This document shows positions 17,263-26,442 of a DNA stretch of 32,000 nucleotides, one piece after another. The DNA lies in contig LT962688.1 in assembly GCA_900234795.1 (NCBI GenBank), positions 1,620,001 to 1,652,000 on the forward strand. Direction: 5' to 3'. This DNA comes from Methylorubrum extorquens. Lineage in GTDB: Bacteria; Pseudomonadota; Alphaproteobacteria; Rhizobiales; Beijerinckiaceae. A model generated the notes under the pieces. It saw nothing but the letters and a program-made list of their open reading frames with translations, ran no database searches and was not told the origin of the DNA. The stretch's first letter is position 1. Every line of letters begins with the position of its first letter. The position numbers and the translations under genes are program-made.

Positions 17263-18450
17263 TCAGGCCACCGCCACGCGGTTGCGGCCGAGGTTTTTCG
17301 CTTGATAGAGGGCGGCGTCGGCGGCGTTCACGAGCGTGTCCAGCGCCGTATGGCCCTTCTTCCAGTCGGCGACGCCGATCGACAGCGTCACCACGGCGTT
17401 CGGCCCGAGGCCGGGATGCGGAATCCCGACCCCTTCCACGCGCCGGCGGATGGCCTCCCCGAGCGCGGCGGCCTGCGCGGCATCCATGCCCGGCAGCAGC
17501 ACGAGGAACTCTTCGCCCCCGAAGCGCACGGCCGTTCCCACCGGAGGCTTGTTCTCGTTCGCCGGGACCAGCATCTCGCGCACGAGGTCGCTGACGGTGC
17601 GGATGCAGCGGTCACCCGCCAGATGGCCCTGGGTGTCGTTGAACCGCTTGAAGTGGTCGATGTCGATCAGGAGCGCCCCGAGGGACTGCGTGTCCCTCTT
17701 GGGAAGGAGATCGGCGCCGATGGTCGCGAGATGGTGCCGGTTGAACAGGCCCGTGAGTTGGTCGGTCCGTGCCATCTCCGCGTTGCGCTCGATCATCGCC
17801 TCGACCCGGAGGCGCTGGAGGAAGCCGTAGCGCTCCGTCCGCTCCAGCACGAACGATCCCAGGAGGATGATGGCGGCCGCGATGAGGTGGAAGACCACGA
17901 TGTACCAGAAGGTCGGGGCATCGACCTCGGGCCGTCTCGCGACGGTCGAGATCTGGGTCAGGACGATCAGCGCCATCCCGATCACCGCCATCCGGAACCG
18001 GACGCGCTGCACCAGCACCATGTAGAAGATGATGAGCATCGAGCCGAGCTGGTAGGTCGCGACGTAGTGCGATGCGCTGAACGAGATGATCGTGGACGGC
18101 ATCAGCACCGAGAGGAAGCAGCCCCCCACGAGCAGCCCGTCGACCTGCCAGGTCCGTGTCCGGCGCGGCAGGACCCAGATCATCAGAAGGGTCAGCGGCG
18201 TGAAGACGCCCAGGCGCATCACGGCGAGCGGCCCGAGCACGTCCGGCAGGATCATCCAGTCGGCTAAGAGAAAGATGTCGTAGAGGAAAATGGCAGCGAA
18301 AAGCGTCGCCTGGGCGAGCCTGATGCGTTCGGAGAGCCCCTCGGTCTCGAACCGCGCCTCGACCGAGGGCGAGAACCGCAACGGGGTGAGGCCGGCGAAC
18401 TCGCCCTCGATGGTTCCGGTTCGGGAGAGACTCATCAAAGCGAGGGCCAA
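17263..18450 (-). CDS. membrane-anchored diguanylate cyclase (GGDEF domain, GGEEF active site)
   Basis: The N-terminal region of about 210 aa has 5-6 hydrophobic helices. The C-terminal GGDEF domain shows DQLTGLFNRH, IDIDHFKRFNDTQGHLAGD, RFGGEEFLVL and LYQAKNLGRNR. Confidence 0.87.
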   Translation of the reverse strand: MALALMSLSRTGTIEGEFAGLTPLRFSPSVEARFETEGLSERIRLAQATLFAAIFLYDIFLLADWMILPDVLGPLAVMRLGVFTPLTLLMIWVLPRRTRTWQVDGLLVGGCFLSVLMPSTIISFSASHYVATYQLGSMLIIFYMVLVQRVRFRMAVIGMALIVLTQISTVARRPEVDAPTFWYIVVFHLIAAAIILLGSFVLERTERYGFLQRLRVEAMIERNAEMARTDQLTGLFNRHHLATIGADLLPKRDTQSLGALLIDIDHFKRFNDTQGHLAGDRCIRTVSDLVREMLVPANENKPPVGTAVRFGGEEFLVLLPGMDAAQAAALGEAIRRRVEGVGIPHPGLGPNAVVTLSIGVADWKKGHTALDTLVNAADAALYQAKNLGRNRVAVA

Positions 18451-18635
18451 GTCATTCCAGTCACCCCGACGCTAGAGCAATCGGGTTGCTGGGTTCTTAC
18501 GAGGACATCTCGGGCGAGGGCATCCCGCGATTGGTCGTTCGCCCCCGCTCCTTGCCGGCTGTACTGAACGATCCTGCTATATGGCGGTCAGGCCGCGTCG
18601 GCGGCGCCTTCCATCCGAACGCCGTGCGGACGTGG

Positions 18636-20114
18636 TTAAGCCGCCCTGCCGGCGCCCGTCGCCCCGGACCGTCCGGCGGCGAGCGGCAACTCGATGCGGG
18701 CGCAGAAGCCGCCGCCGGGGCGGTTCTCCAAGGTCAGGCGCCCGCCATGCCCCTCGACGATGGCGAGCACGATCGAGAGGCCGAGGCCGAAGCCGCTCGC
18801 GGAATCGAGGTTGCGGGCGCGGTCACCGCGCACGAAGGGCTGGAGCATGGCGCTGCGCTCGGCATCGGGAATGCCGGGGCCGTCGTCGATCACCTCCACC
18901 GCCACGCCGGGGTGATCGCCGGAGCCCGCCGGCCCCATGACGAGGCGAGCGCCACCGCCATACTTCACGGCGTTGTCAACGAGGTTGGTGATCGCGCGCT
19001 GGAGGTCGTCGGGGCGGCCGCGCACGAGGACGTGGCGGGTTCGCTCCAGGCTGACGGCCGCGCCGATGTCGCTGAACCCGTCGCAGACGGTCTGCACCAC
19101 CGAGGCGAGGTCGATCAGCGTGGTCTGGCCCTCGCCCGGCGCCCCCTGCCCGTCCCGGACATAGGAGAGCGCGGATTCCACGAGCTCGTTCATCTGGTCG
19201 AGGTCGCGCAGGGTCATCTCGCGGGCGCGCTCGTCCTCGATGAACTCGGCGCGCAGCCGCAGGCGGGTGATCGGTGTGCGCAGGTCGTGACTGATCGCGG
19301 CCAGCATCTGCGTGCGGTCGTCGAGCAGGCGCAGCAGGCGGGTGCGCATCCGGTCGAGCGCGCGGGCGAGCGCCAGCACCTCCTCCGGGCCGCGCTTGGG
19401 CAAGGGCGGCGGCTCCTCCGCCGTGCCGAAGGCCTCCGCCGCCGCGGCCAAGCCGGCAAGCGGCGCGGTGAGCGCCCGCGTCGCCCAGAACGAGAGCAGC
19501 GTGAGGCTGACCCCGAGGAAGACGAAGGTGAAGATGATCGGCGCTTGCGCCGGCGGGCGCGGAAAATCGTCGGGCAGCACCGCCCGGAGCCGGGCGCCGG
19601 CCGGCGTCGTGATGCCGATCTGAAGGAGGCCGGTCTTGCCGCGGTCGTGGCCGGGGGCGAGGTCGGTCACCGGCAGCGCCCGCCCGAAGCCGTCCCGAAG
19701 GCGCTCGATCAGGGGATGCTGGCCGATCTCGTCCTCCGTCTTCCCCTGCCCCGCCGACGGCGCGGCGCCGTCCCACGGCGCGATGCGCAGGGTCGGCAGG
19801 CCGCGCGCCGCCGCCCGGAGGATCCCGTCGCGCTCGCCCGGCTCGGCGGCATCGAGCAGCCGCGCGACGGTCGAGAGCCGGGTCGCGGCGACGCCGGGCC
19901 GTTCGTCCGGCCGCCATGGCTCGCGCAGGGCCAGCAGCATGACCGCCGCGAGCACATGCGCGGCGAGCAGGGCCGCGACCACGAGGAGCGCGATCTGCCC
20001 GGCGGCCTTTTTCGGGCGGGGCCACGGCACATGAGGCCAAGGCAGCCACGTTCGAGTTCGCGACGGGGCGGGGGCAGCGGCGGGCGGCTCCGCCGTAGTT
20101 CTCACGGGACTCAT
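18636..20114 (-). CDS. sensor histidine kinase (two TM helices, HAMP, HisKA, HATPase_c)
   Basis: The start ATG at 20114 overlaps the stop of the upstream regulator (ATGA at 20111-20114). The H-box is AAISHDLRTPITRLRLRAEF, the N-box is NLVDNAVKYG, and G-boxes are DDGPGIP and GFGLGLSIV. The rest of the 701-aa track ORF is out-of-frame overlap with the regulator gene. Confidence 0.87.
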   Translation of the reverse strand: MSPVRTTAEPPAAAPAPSRTRTWLPWPHVPWPRPKKAAGQIALLVVAALLAAHVLAAVMLLALREPWRPDERPGVAATRLSTVARLLDAAEPGERDGILRAAARGLPTLRIAPWDGAAPSAGQGKTEDEIGQHPLIERLRDGFGRALPVTDLAPGHDRGKTGLLQIGITTPAGARLRAVLPDDFPRPPAQAPIIFTFVFLGVSLTLLSFWATRALTAPLAGLAAAAEAFGTAEEPPPLPKRGPEEVLALARALDRMRTRLLRLLDDRTQMLAAISHDLRTPITRLRLRAEFIEDERAREMTLRDLDQMNELVESALSYVRDGQGAPGEGQTTLIDLASVVQTVCDGFSDIGAAVSLERTRHVLVRGRPDDLQRAITNLVDNAVKYGGGARLVMGPAGSGDHPGVAVEVIDDGPGIPDAERSAMLQPFVRGDRARNLDSASGFGLGLSIVLAIVEGHGGRLTLENRPGGGFCARIELPLAAGRSGATGAGRAA

Positions 20115-20836
20115 GAGCGGCCGATCTCCGGCGCGAACAGATAGCCGCCCGAGCGGATCGTGCGGATGATCTCGGGGTTGCGCGGATCGCGCTCGAGCTT
20201 CTGGCGAAGCCGGGAGACCAGGACGTCGATGCTGCGCTCGAACGGTCCCGCCGCCCGTCCCTGCGTCAGGTCGAGGAGCTGGTCGCGGGAGAGGACGCGC
20301 CCCGGCCGCAGGCACAAAGCGTGGAGCAGGTCGAACTCGGCCCCCGTGACGGCGATGCGCGCGCCCTCCGGGCTCAAGACCTGCCGGAGGCCGACATCGA
20401 GGGTCCAGCCCGAGAAATGGAAGCGGCGCGCGCCGTCGCCATCCTGCGGCTCGGCGCCCTTGCGCCGCAGGATCGCCCGGATGCGCGCCAGCAATTCGCG
20501 CGGGTTGAACGGTTTGCCGAGATAGTCGTCGGCGCCGATCTCCAGCCCGACGATCCGGTCGATCTCTTCGGATTTGGCCGTGAGCATCAGGATCGGCACC
20601 TGCGATGCGGCCCTGAGGCGCCGGCACAGGCTCAGGCCGTCCTCGCCCGGCAGCATCAGGTCGAGGACGATGAGATCGACCCGGGCATCGGCCAGCACCC
20701 GGTCCATCTCGCGTCCGTCGCCCGCGACGCTCACCCGGCACTCGTTGGCCCGCAGGTAGCGCGCGACGAGCGCGCTGATCTCACGGTCGTCCTCGACGAC
20801 GAGGATATGGGGCGTCGGCAGGTTGGTGGTGGTCAT
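20111..20836 (-). CDS. OmpR/PhoB-family DNA-binding response regulator
   Basis: The receiver shows ILVVEDD, LIVLDLMLPGEDG and LTAKSEE...GADDYLGKPF. The winged-helix output shows LTGAEFDLLHAL...RDQLLD...RSIDVLVSRLRQKLE...IRTIRSGGY. Confidence 0.92.
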   Translation of the reverse strand: MTTTNLPTPHILVVEDDREISALVARYLRANECRVSVAGDGREMDRVLADARVDLIVLDLMLPGEDGLSLCRRLRAASQVPILMLTAKSEEIDRIVGLEIGADDYLGKPFNPRELLARIRAILRRKGAEPQDGDGARRFHFSGWTLDVGLRQVLSPEGARIAVTGAEFDLLHALCLRPGRVLSRDQLLDLTQGRAAGPFERSIDVLVSRLRQKLERDPRNPEIIRTIRSGGYLFAPEIGRS

Positions 20837-21078
20837 GACGGCATCCGTCTTAATCCCGCGCGCCTCCTGCCCGGAAGTGTGGCCGCTGGCGAAGATTGTA
20901 ACCGCGGGTTTCCACAGCCGGTCCCGATACGTGCGGCAACAATCCTGAGCAGATTTACAGCCTCCGCGCGCCGTGATGGACGAAGCGTTTCGTCGGTGCC
21001 CCTCGATTGCCCTGCTGCCCGCCGATTCTTATGTCGTTGGCACGTGCTCGACAGGTCCGGGCGCCGGAGGAGATTTCC

Positions 21079-21360
21079 ATGCAAGGCTCGAACCGCCTTT
21101 TCGACGATGTCGCCCGCCTGTTCACCGATGCCACCGGAGCGGCCCAAGGGGTGCGCCGCGAAGCGGAAACGATGGTCAAGGGCCAGATCGAGCGCCTGAT
21201 CCGCGACATGGATATCGCCACGCGCGAGGAAGTGGACGTGCTGCGCGACCTCGTCGCTGCCCTGCGCAGCCAGAACGACGCACTCGCCGCCCGGGTGAGC
21301 GCGCTGGAGACCCGGCTTGGCGCCGAGGCGGGCAGCGCCGGCAGCACGGAAGCGGTCTGA
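21079..21360 (+). CDS. ubiK: accessory factor UbiK / BMFP family coiled-coil protein
   Basis: MQGSNRLFDDVARLFTDATGAAQGVRREAETMVKGQIERLIRDMDIATREEVDVLRDLV is typical of the UbiK (YqiC) family. GGAGGAG lies upstream of the ATG at 21079. Confidence 0.75.
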   Translation: MQGSNRLFDDVARLFTDATGAAQGVRREAETMVKGQIERLIRDMDIATREEVDVLRDLVAALRSQNDALAARVSALETRLGAEAGSAGSTEAV

Positions 21361-21395
21361 TACGGTTTCCGCTTGATCAAAGTGGAAACCGTATC
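21359..21395 (+). terminator. 12-bp perfect stem hairpin overlapping the ubiK stop codon
   Basis: GATACGGTTTCC-gcttgatcaaagt-GGAAACCGTATC, read directly. It has no T-tail. Confidence 0.5.
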
Positions 21396-21818
21396 AGCGA
21401 GCCCGCGCGGCGCTTGAGGAGGGCACCCATCGCGCCAGCGCGTTGGGATCCCACCGAAACCCAAATCCGCCATCCCGAAGGGATCAACCGGATTTGGGAT
21501 GAGCGGGCAGTCCGGACTCACCCTCGCGGGAAAGCGCGAATCCGGATTTCTTTGCACAGGAAGCATCGGTGGATAGCTGCGTTGCCCACCGCTGATGCCG
21601 GGGCGACGCTTTGAAGCCCGCGGGGGGCGCGGGCTATAAACGATTCGAAGTTGATTCGCCCCGGCGGAAAGGTGGAACCAAACCCCGGGGCGGCGAAATC
21701 TGGATTGAACCCCTCCGCAGGACGGAGATCGACGTGGGTTGCCTCGACTCCCGTCACGGCCCTGCTTTGCCCGCCGACCCGATCGAGCCTCTCGACCGGG
21801 CCGACAACTTGGATCGCC

Positions 21819-22325
21819 ATGACCCAGCTTAGCCTCATCGAAGACAGCGACCGGCCGGAGCACCCGCTCGATGTCGTCGAGCGCCTCGCCTCGCTCCGCG
21901 ACTGGATCTTCGATCGCATCGAGACCGACGAGATGTCGGTTTCCGTCTCGGGCCGCTGGGCCGAGTACCACGTCGCCTTCACCTGGATCGAGGAAGTCGA
22001 GTCGCTGCACGTGGCCGCCGCCTTCGACCTCAAGGTGCCGGAGCGGCGCCGGGCCGAGATGCTGCGCCTCGTCGCGCTGGTGAACGAGCAGCTCTGGATC
22101 GGCCATTTCGACCTGTGGTCGTCGGATAGCGTGGTGATGTTCCGCCACTCGCTGCTGCTCACCGACGGTATCGCGCCGACGCAGGGGCAATGCGCGATGA
22201 TGATGAAGACCGCCGCCGACGCCTGCGAGCGCTACTATCAGGCCTTCCAGTTCGTGCTCTGGGCCGGCAAGAGCGCCCGCGAGGCCCTCGACGCGGTGCT
22301 GTTCGAGACCGAGGGCGAGGCGTAA
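21819..22325 (+). CDS. YbjN domain-containing protein
   Basis: MTQLSLIEDSDRPEHPLDVVERLA...WAEYHVAFTW...LHVAAAFDLKVPERRRAEMLRLVALVNEQLWIGHFDLW is typical of alphaproteobacterial YbjN-family proteins. It occupies the usual position upstream of proC. Confidence 0.75.
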   Translation: MTQLSLIEDSDRPEHPLDVVERLASLRDWIFDRIETDEMSVSVSGRWAEYHVAFTWIEEVESLHVAAAFDLKVPERRRAEMLRLVALVNEQLWIGHFDLWSSDSVVMFRHSLLLTDGIAPTQGQCAMMMKTAADACERYYQAFQFVLWAGKSAREALDAVLFETEGEA

Positions 22326-22406
22326 GCTGCCGGTCCTGCGGGATCGCGCTGGCGTCCTTGAGCCCTCGCCCTTGATTCGGTGCGGCTGCGGTGGGATCGA
22401 GGGCCT

Positions 22407-23240
22407 ATGACGCGCGCGCCCGATGATCCGACCGCCTTTCCCACGCCCCTGGTTCTGGCCGGCGCCGGCAAGATGGGAGCGGCACTGCTGCGGGGTTGGC
22501 TCGCGGGCGGCCTCGACCCCGCCGCCGTGACCGTCGTCGATCCGCAGCCCTCCGCGGAGATCGCGACACTCTGTGCCGAGCGGGCCTTGCGCCTCAATCC
22601 CGAAGCCGCCGCCCCGGCCGGAGCGCTGGTGCTCGGCATCAAGCCGCAGGTTCTCGACGCGGCGGCACCGGCGCTGGCCGGATGGATCGGCCCGGACACC
22701 CTCATCGTCTCGATCCTGGCCGGCAAGACCATCGCCGACCTCAAGCGCCGCCTGCCGACCGCCCGCGCCGTGGTGCGCGCCATGCCCAACCTGCCTGCCA
22801 GCATCGGCCGGGGCGCGACCGGCGCCGTCGGCAGCCCGGAGGTCGGGCCGCAGGCGCGGGCGGGCGCGGAGGCGTTGCTCGCCAGCTCCGGCCTCGTGGC
22901 GTGGCTCGACGATGAAGCGTTGATCGATGCGGTGACTGCGGTCTCGGGGTCCGGCCCCGCCTACGTCTTCCTGCTGGCGGAAGCGCTCACGGAAGCCGGC
23001 GTGGCGGCGGGCCTGCCGCTGGACCTGTCGGCGCAGCTCGCCCGCGCCACCGTCGCGGGGGCCGGTGCCCTGCTCGACGCCGATGCCCGCGAGGCCGGGC
23101 AATTGCGCCGCGACGTGACCTCGCCCGGCGGCACCACCGCAGCCGCCCTCGCCGTGCTGATGCGCGAGGGCGGGCTGCCCGACCTGATGCGCGAGGCGGT
23201 CGAGGCGGCGCGGCGGCGGGCGGGCGAATTGTCCGGCTGA
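22407..23240 (+). CDS. proC: pyrroline-5-carboxylate reductase
   Basis: Contains a GAGKMG Rossmann motif, VLGIKPQ, RAMPNLPASIGRGATG, SGSGPAYVFLLAEAL and the VTSPGGTTAAAL signature. The start at 22407 (MTRAP) is preferred. Confidence 0.9.
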   Translation: MTRAPDDPTAFPTPLVLAGAGKMGAALLRGWLAGGLDPAAVTVVDPQPSAEIATLCAERALRLNPEAAAPAGALVLGIKPQVLDAAAPALAGWIGPDTLIVSILAGKTIADLKRRLPTARAVVRAMPNLPASIGRGATGAVGSPEVGPQARAGAEALLASSGLVAWLDDEALIDAVTAVSGSGPAYVFLLAEALTEAGVAAGLPLDLSAQLARATVAGAGALLDADAREAGQLRRDVTSPGGTTAAALAVLMREGGLPDLMREAVEAARRRAGELSG

Positions 23241-23310
23241 GAGGCCCAGCGGTTTCAAGCGGGCGAAACTGACCCTACATGAGACGTGAACCGAATGCGG
23301 AGCACGGACC

Positions 23311-24084
23311 ATGGAAACAGCCCCCGAGCCCAACACCGGCGGCAAGCCCGAGACCGGTGGGCCATCCGGTTCGTCGAACGCCGACACGGCCTCGCACAAG
23401 CCCAACCCGCGTGAGGCCGCGGTCGAGGCGCTGATGCGCCTCGCGGCGGAGCAGCCCTGGAACGACATCGAGGTCGGCGACATCGCCCGCGAGGCGGGGC
23501 TGAGTCTGGCCGAATTGCGCGACCTGTTCCCCTCGAAGGGCGCCGTGCTCGGCGGTCTGTCGCGGATCATCGATCGCAAGGTGCTGGAGGTCGACACCGC
23601 CGACCTCGCCGACGAGCCGGCCCGCGAGCGCCTGTTCGACGTGCTGATGCGCCGGCTCGACGCGATGACGCCCTACAAGCCGGCCCTGCGCCGCATCGCC
23701 TTCGCGCTGCGTGGCGACGTCCTGTCCATGCTGGCGCTCAACGGGGTCGCCCTGAACTCCCACCGCTATATGCTGGCCGCTGCCGGCATCGACACGGAGG
23801 GACCGCTCGGCCGGCTCAAGCTTCAGGGCACCGTGATCGCCTTCGCCCGCACCGTCGAGGTCTGGCTCGACGATGACGACCCGGCGCTCGCCCGCACCAT
23901 GGCCAAGCTCGACCGCGAGATCCGCCGCGGCGAGACCCTCATGGAACGCGCCGACGACGCTCGCCGCCTCACCGCGCCCCTGCGCGCCCTTGGCCGTGCC
24001 GTTCTGGAGCGCCGCTCGCGCCGCGACCGGACACCGCCGCCGGCGGGTGATGGCGAGGATCGCGATCCCGCCGCGGCGATCTGA
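23311..24084 (+). CDS. TetR-family-like transcriptional regulator with a long unstructured N-terminus
   Basis: A TetR-type HTH region is visible (EALMRLAAEQPWNDIEVGDIAREAGLSLAELRDLFPSKGAVL), followed by a helical C-terminal domain. Length is 257 aa. Confidence 0.65.
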   Translation: METAPEPNTGGKPETGGPSGSSNADTASHKPNPREAAVEALMRLAAEQPWNDIEVGDIAREAGLSLAELRDLFPSKGAVLGGLSRIIDRKVLEVDTADLADEPARERLFDVLMRRLDAMTPYKPALRRIAFALRGDVLSMLALNGVALNSHRYMLAAAGIDTEGPLGRLKLQGTVIAFARTVEVWLDDDDPALARTMAKLDREIRRGETLMERADDARRLTAPLRALGRAVLERRSRRDRTPPPAGDGEDRDPAAAI

Positions 24085-24111
24085 GCGCAGAGCTCCAGGT
24101 GGAAAGAGTTC

Positions 24112-24142
24112 GGGGTCGGAGCGCGTTTGCCGGTCCGACCCC
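24112..24142 (+). terminator. 9-bp stem hairpin (GGGGTCGGA / TCCGACCCC) downstream of the TetR-like gene
   Basis: Read directly. A second hairpin, CACCGACT-ccca-AGTCGGTG, follows at 24160-24179. Neither has a clear U-tail. Confidence 0.4.
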
Positions 24143-24456
24143 TGAACGATGATCCAAAGCACCGACTCCCAAGTCGGTGTGCTCGAAGCCCGCCGTTGGC
24201 TGAAATCGTACTGGGAAACGGTCCGCGCTTCGGCGGCCGAGGGCAAAGACTTGTCGGCCCTGCCTCCGGCTCAATCGCGCGCTTGACAGCCGTTCTGGCC
24301 GTGAAGGTCTTGCTGCATTCCTGTGCAGATCTTCCGTCGCTGACGGTGTTGCACTCTGCAGTAGGCTAGGCCGACTTGACTAGGCACAGGGGTGCTGAGC
24401 TTCCGGCGCACGAGAGGTCGCAAACGGCCGGAGATGACACTCCGGCCTTAGGGTCT

Positions 24457-24570
24457 TTACCGGTCCCACCCCTTCAGGTCGCAGAGCGTCATGAAGTCGT
24501 GGATCGTGATCAGATCAGCATCAAGCAGAGCCAGGGCTTCATCACGGCTCTTGATCGCTTCGGCGTTCAT
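24457..24570 (-). CDS. possible 37-aa small protein (MNAEAIKSRDEALALLDADLITIHDFMTLCDLKGWDR)
   Basis: The ATG at 24570 has GGAAAGG about 9 nt upstream. The stop is followed on the minus strand by the hairpin GGCCGGAG-tgtcat-CTCCGGCC plus GTTTG (24426-24447). Local GC is lower than the surroundings. I recognised no family, so the call is weak. Confidence 0.3.
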   Translation of the reverse strand: MNAEAIKSRDEALALLDADLITIHDFMTLCDLKGWDR

Positions 24571-24889
24571 GGAATGCGCCTTTCCAGTGTCGTGTTTTGA
24601 AGAACGACAAGCTAAAGCTTTCGTTCCTTTCGTCTGGAGGAGCATCTCGCGTGCCAGCGGCAACATCGTCGGCGAACCGCTTCGAGGCGCATCGCTCCGG
24701 AGGTCGGAATCCAAGCGATGCGCCGCGTTCTCGGGCCTGCCTCGGCCTCGGTCGGGTCAGCAGGTACCTAAGACGAGGGTTCGACGCGTCCTCGCGTTGA
24801 ACCCGTTCGGTCTTCGGCGAGCGCGGTCTGCTCGGGCCTCCTGTTCCTGCATCGTCCCGAAAGCCGGTTGCCACCTTTCGGGACGACGC

Positions 24890-25567
24890 TTAGCCCTCCC
24901 GTCCGCCGCCCATCGTCGCCTGCATCCGCGAGAGCTGAGCGATGTGCCGCTGGATCAGCGGGATCGCGCCGGCCGCGATGCGGCGCAGGCCCGGATCGTC
25001 GCCGGCCTGGGCGTAGGAGCCGTGGATGTTGAGGGCCTCCTGATGGCCCTGAAGCGAGGCGTTGACGAACATCGCGTCGTATTCGGGACCGGGCTGCATC
25101 CCGGAGAGCTGCGACAGGATCTGAGCCTTCTGCTCATCCGTCGTCATGCCGCCGGGACCGCGCCCACCGGGTACACCCAGAACGCCGCCGACCGCACCGA
25201 CGGTCGCCCCCGCGACGCCGCCCGCCACCGCCAGCGGCGCCTCGACCAAACCGCCGACGAGGCCGGCCGGACCGGCGGGCGCGCCTGCCATCGGCGCGCC
25301 CGCACCCAGATACGGGTCCAGCTTGCGGGCGAGGTTGACCTGCTCGGTCACCTCGGCCCGGCTGAAGGCTTTGACGCGCGGATTGCGGGTCTTGGCGTGG
25401 GCATCGCGCGCCGTGTTCTCGAGGAACAGGCCGCCCTTCGTCGCCATGGCGAGGTAGACCGGCGCCGGCATGGCACCGGCCGGCGCCGGTTGCGCCAGGG
25501 CGGTCCGGGTGACGGCCAGGGCCGCCGTTGCCGTCAGCAGGGTCGTCAGAAAATCGCGCCGATGCAT
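24890..25567 (-). CDS. DUF4142 domain-containing exported protein (Tat-type signal)
   Basis: The signal is MHRRDFLTTLLTATAALAV. Two DUF4142-like half-domains (GGLFLENTARDAHAKTRNPRVKAFSRAEVTEQ and YDAMFVNASLQGHQEAL...IPLIQRHIAQL) are separated by a Gly/Ala/Pro-rich linker. Confidence 0.72.
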   Translation of the reverse strand: MHRRDFLTTLLTATAALAVTRTALAQPAPAGAMPAPVYLAMATKGGLFLENTARDAHAKTRNPRVKAFSRAEVTEQVNLARKLDPYLGAGAPMAGAPAGPAGLVGGLVEAPLAVAGGVAGATVGAVGGVLGVPGGRGPGGMTTDEQKAQILSQLSGMQPGPEYDAMFVNASLQGHQEALNIHGSYAQAGDDPGLRRIAAGAIPLIQRHIAQLSRMQATMGGGREG

Positions 25568-25734
25568 GGTCTCGGGTCTCCCGGTCTGAAAACGATGCTC
25601 GGGCGCCGGTTTGCTTGTGCGGTGCCGGAGTCTGACGGGCGAAACCTTCGCGAAATCAGCAATGTTCCTGCCGTTCCAGGGGTGGCTTCAAACGAAGACG
25701 CTCGGGCGATCCCGACCGGGTTTGCTGCCGGGAT

Positions 25735-26235
25735 TCAGGGGCCGATCGAGGGACGCAAACGGGCCATGCAATGCACGTCGGCGAAGATGCCGTTGCGAAA
25801 CGAGGCCGCCTTGTGCGTCCCCTCGATGGTGAAGCCGAACTTTTCGTAGAGGGCGATGGCGCGGGTATTGTCGGTGAAGACCGTCATCTCGATGCGCACA
25901 ATATTGATCCAGTTGTCGGCCGTATCGATCACCGCGGCGAGAAGCCGCGAGCCGATGCCGTGTCCGGCGAAATCCTCATGCACGGCGATCCAGAACTCCG
26001 CCGCATGTGCCCGCCGCCCGTAGAAGGGGCGCAGGGCCGCTGCCCCGACGACGCGCTCGCCCTGCTGCGCGGCGAGGTGCAGATCCCGCGGCGAGCGGGG
26101 CTCGGCCCACTTCTTCACGGCCTCGAACGATTCGTAGGGGAGCGCCAGCGTTCCGAAACGGAAGGCGGGCTGGTTGTAGATCTCGAACAGATCCGGCGCG
26201 TCGTCCTCGCGCATGGCCCGTATCGTCACATCCAT
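25735..26235 (-). CDS. GNAT family N-acetyltransferase
   Basis: The start at 26235 (MDVTIRAMREDDAPDLFEIY) is preferred. The acetyl-CoA binding motif is AVHEDFAGHGIGSRLL, and ALYEKFGF is also present. Length is 166 aa. The upstream 65 codons of the track ORF have no support. Confidence 0.85.
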   Translation of the reverse strand: MDVTIRAMREDDAPDLFEIYNQPAFRFGTLALPYESFEAVKKWAEPRSPRDLHLAAQQGERVVGAAALRPFYGRRAHAAEFWIAVHEDFAGHGIGSRLLAAVIDTADNWINIVRIEMTVFTDNTRAIALYEKFGFTIEGTHKAASFRNGIFADVHCMARLRPSIGP

Positions 26236-26312
26236 ACTGGTCCTCGCTCCGTGTGAAGGTCTGATCTCGTCGAGAGCCGGTTCGACCGGCCCGTTCCGGC
26301 AACGATGACGAT

Positions 26313-26442
26313 CCTCATGCTGAGGTGCTGCGGCAGCAGCCTCGAAGCACGCCGCGACGTTGATCCCGGTCGCCGATGCCGTCGAATTGATCGTTCCGGC
26401 GTGCTTCGAGGCCGCGCTTTCGCGCGGCACCTCAGCATGAGG
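26313..26442. repeat. 130-nt nested perfect inverted repeat (16-bp outer arms, 15-bp inner arms)
   Basis: The outer arms are CCTCATGCTGAGGTGC (26313-26328) and GCACCTCAGCATGAGG (26427-26442). The inner arms are CCTCGAAGCACGCCG (26340-26354) and CGGCGTGCTTCGAGG (26397-26411). Each outer arm is itself a mini-palindrome (CCTCA-nnn-TGAGG). The element lies between the DUF2218 stop and the GNAT start. Confidence 0.8.

Noticed and set aside
18486-20144. 552-aa plus-strand ORF and the nested 357-aa minus-strand ORF (18976..20049)
   Set aside because: They are antisense or out of frame relative to the histidine kinase. The translations are Arg/Gly/Ala/Pro-rich with no domain signatures.
18636-20741. 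701-aa ORF suggesting a much larger histidine kinase
   Set aside because: The first 209 codons overlap the OmpR-type regulator gene out of frame and are Arg/Pro/Gly-rich nonsense. A clean ATGA start/stop overlap at 20111-20114 gives a normal 492-aa kinase.
20955-23597. 880-aa minus-strand ORF
   Set aside because: It is antisense to ubiK, ybjN and proC, all of which have clear family signatures on the plus strand. Its composition is Arg/Gly/Pro/Ala-rich with no recognisable motif. This is a typical antisense open frame in high-GC DNA.
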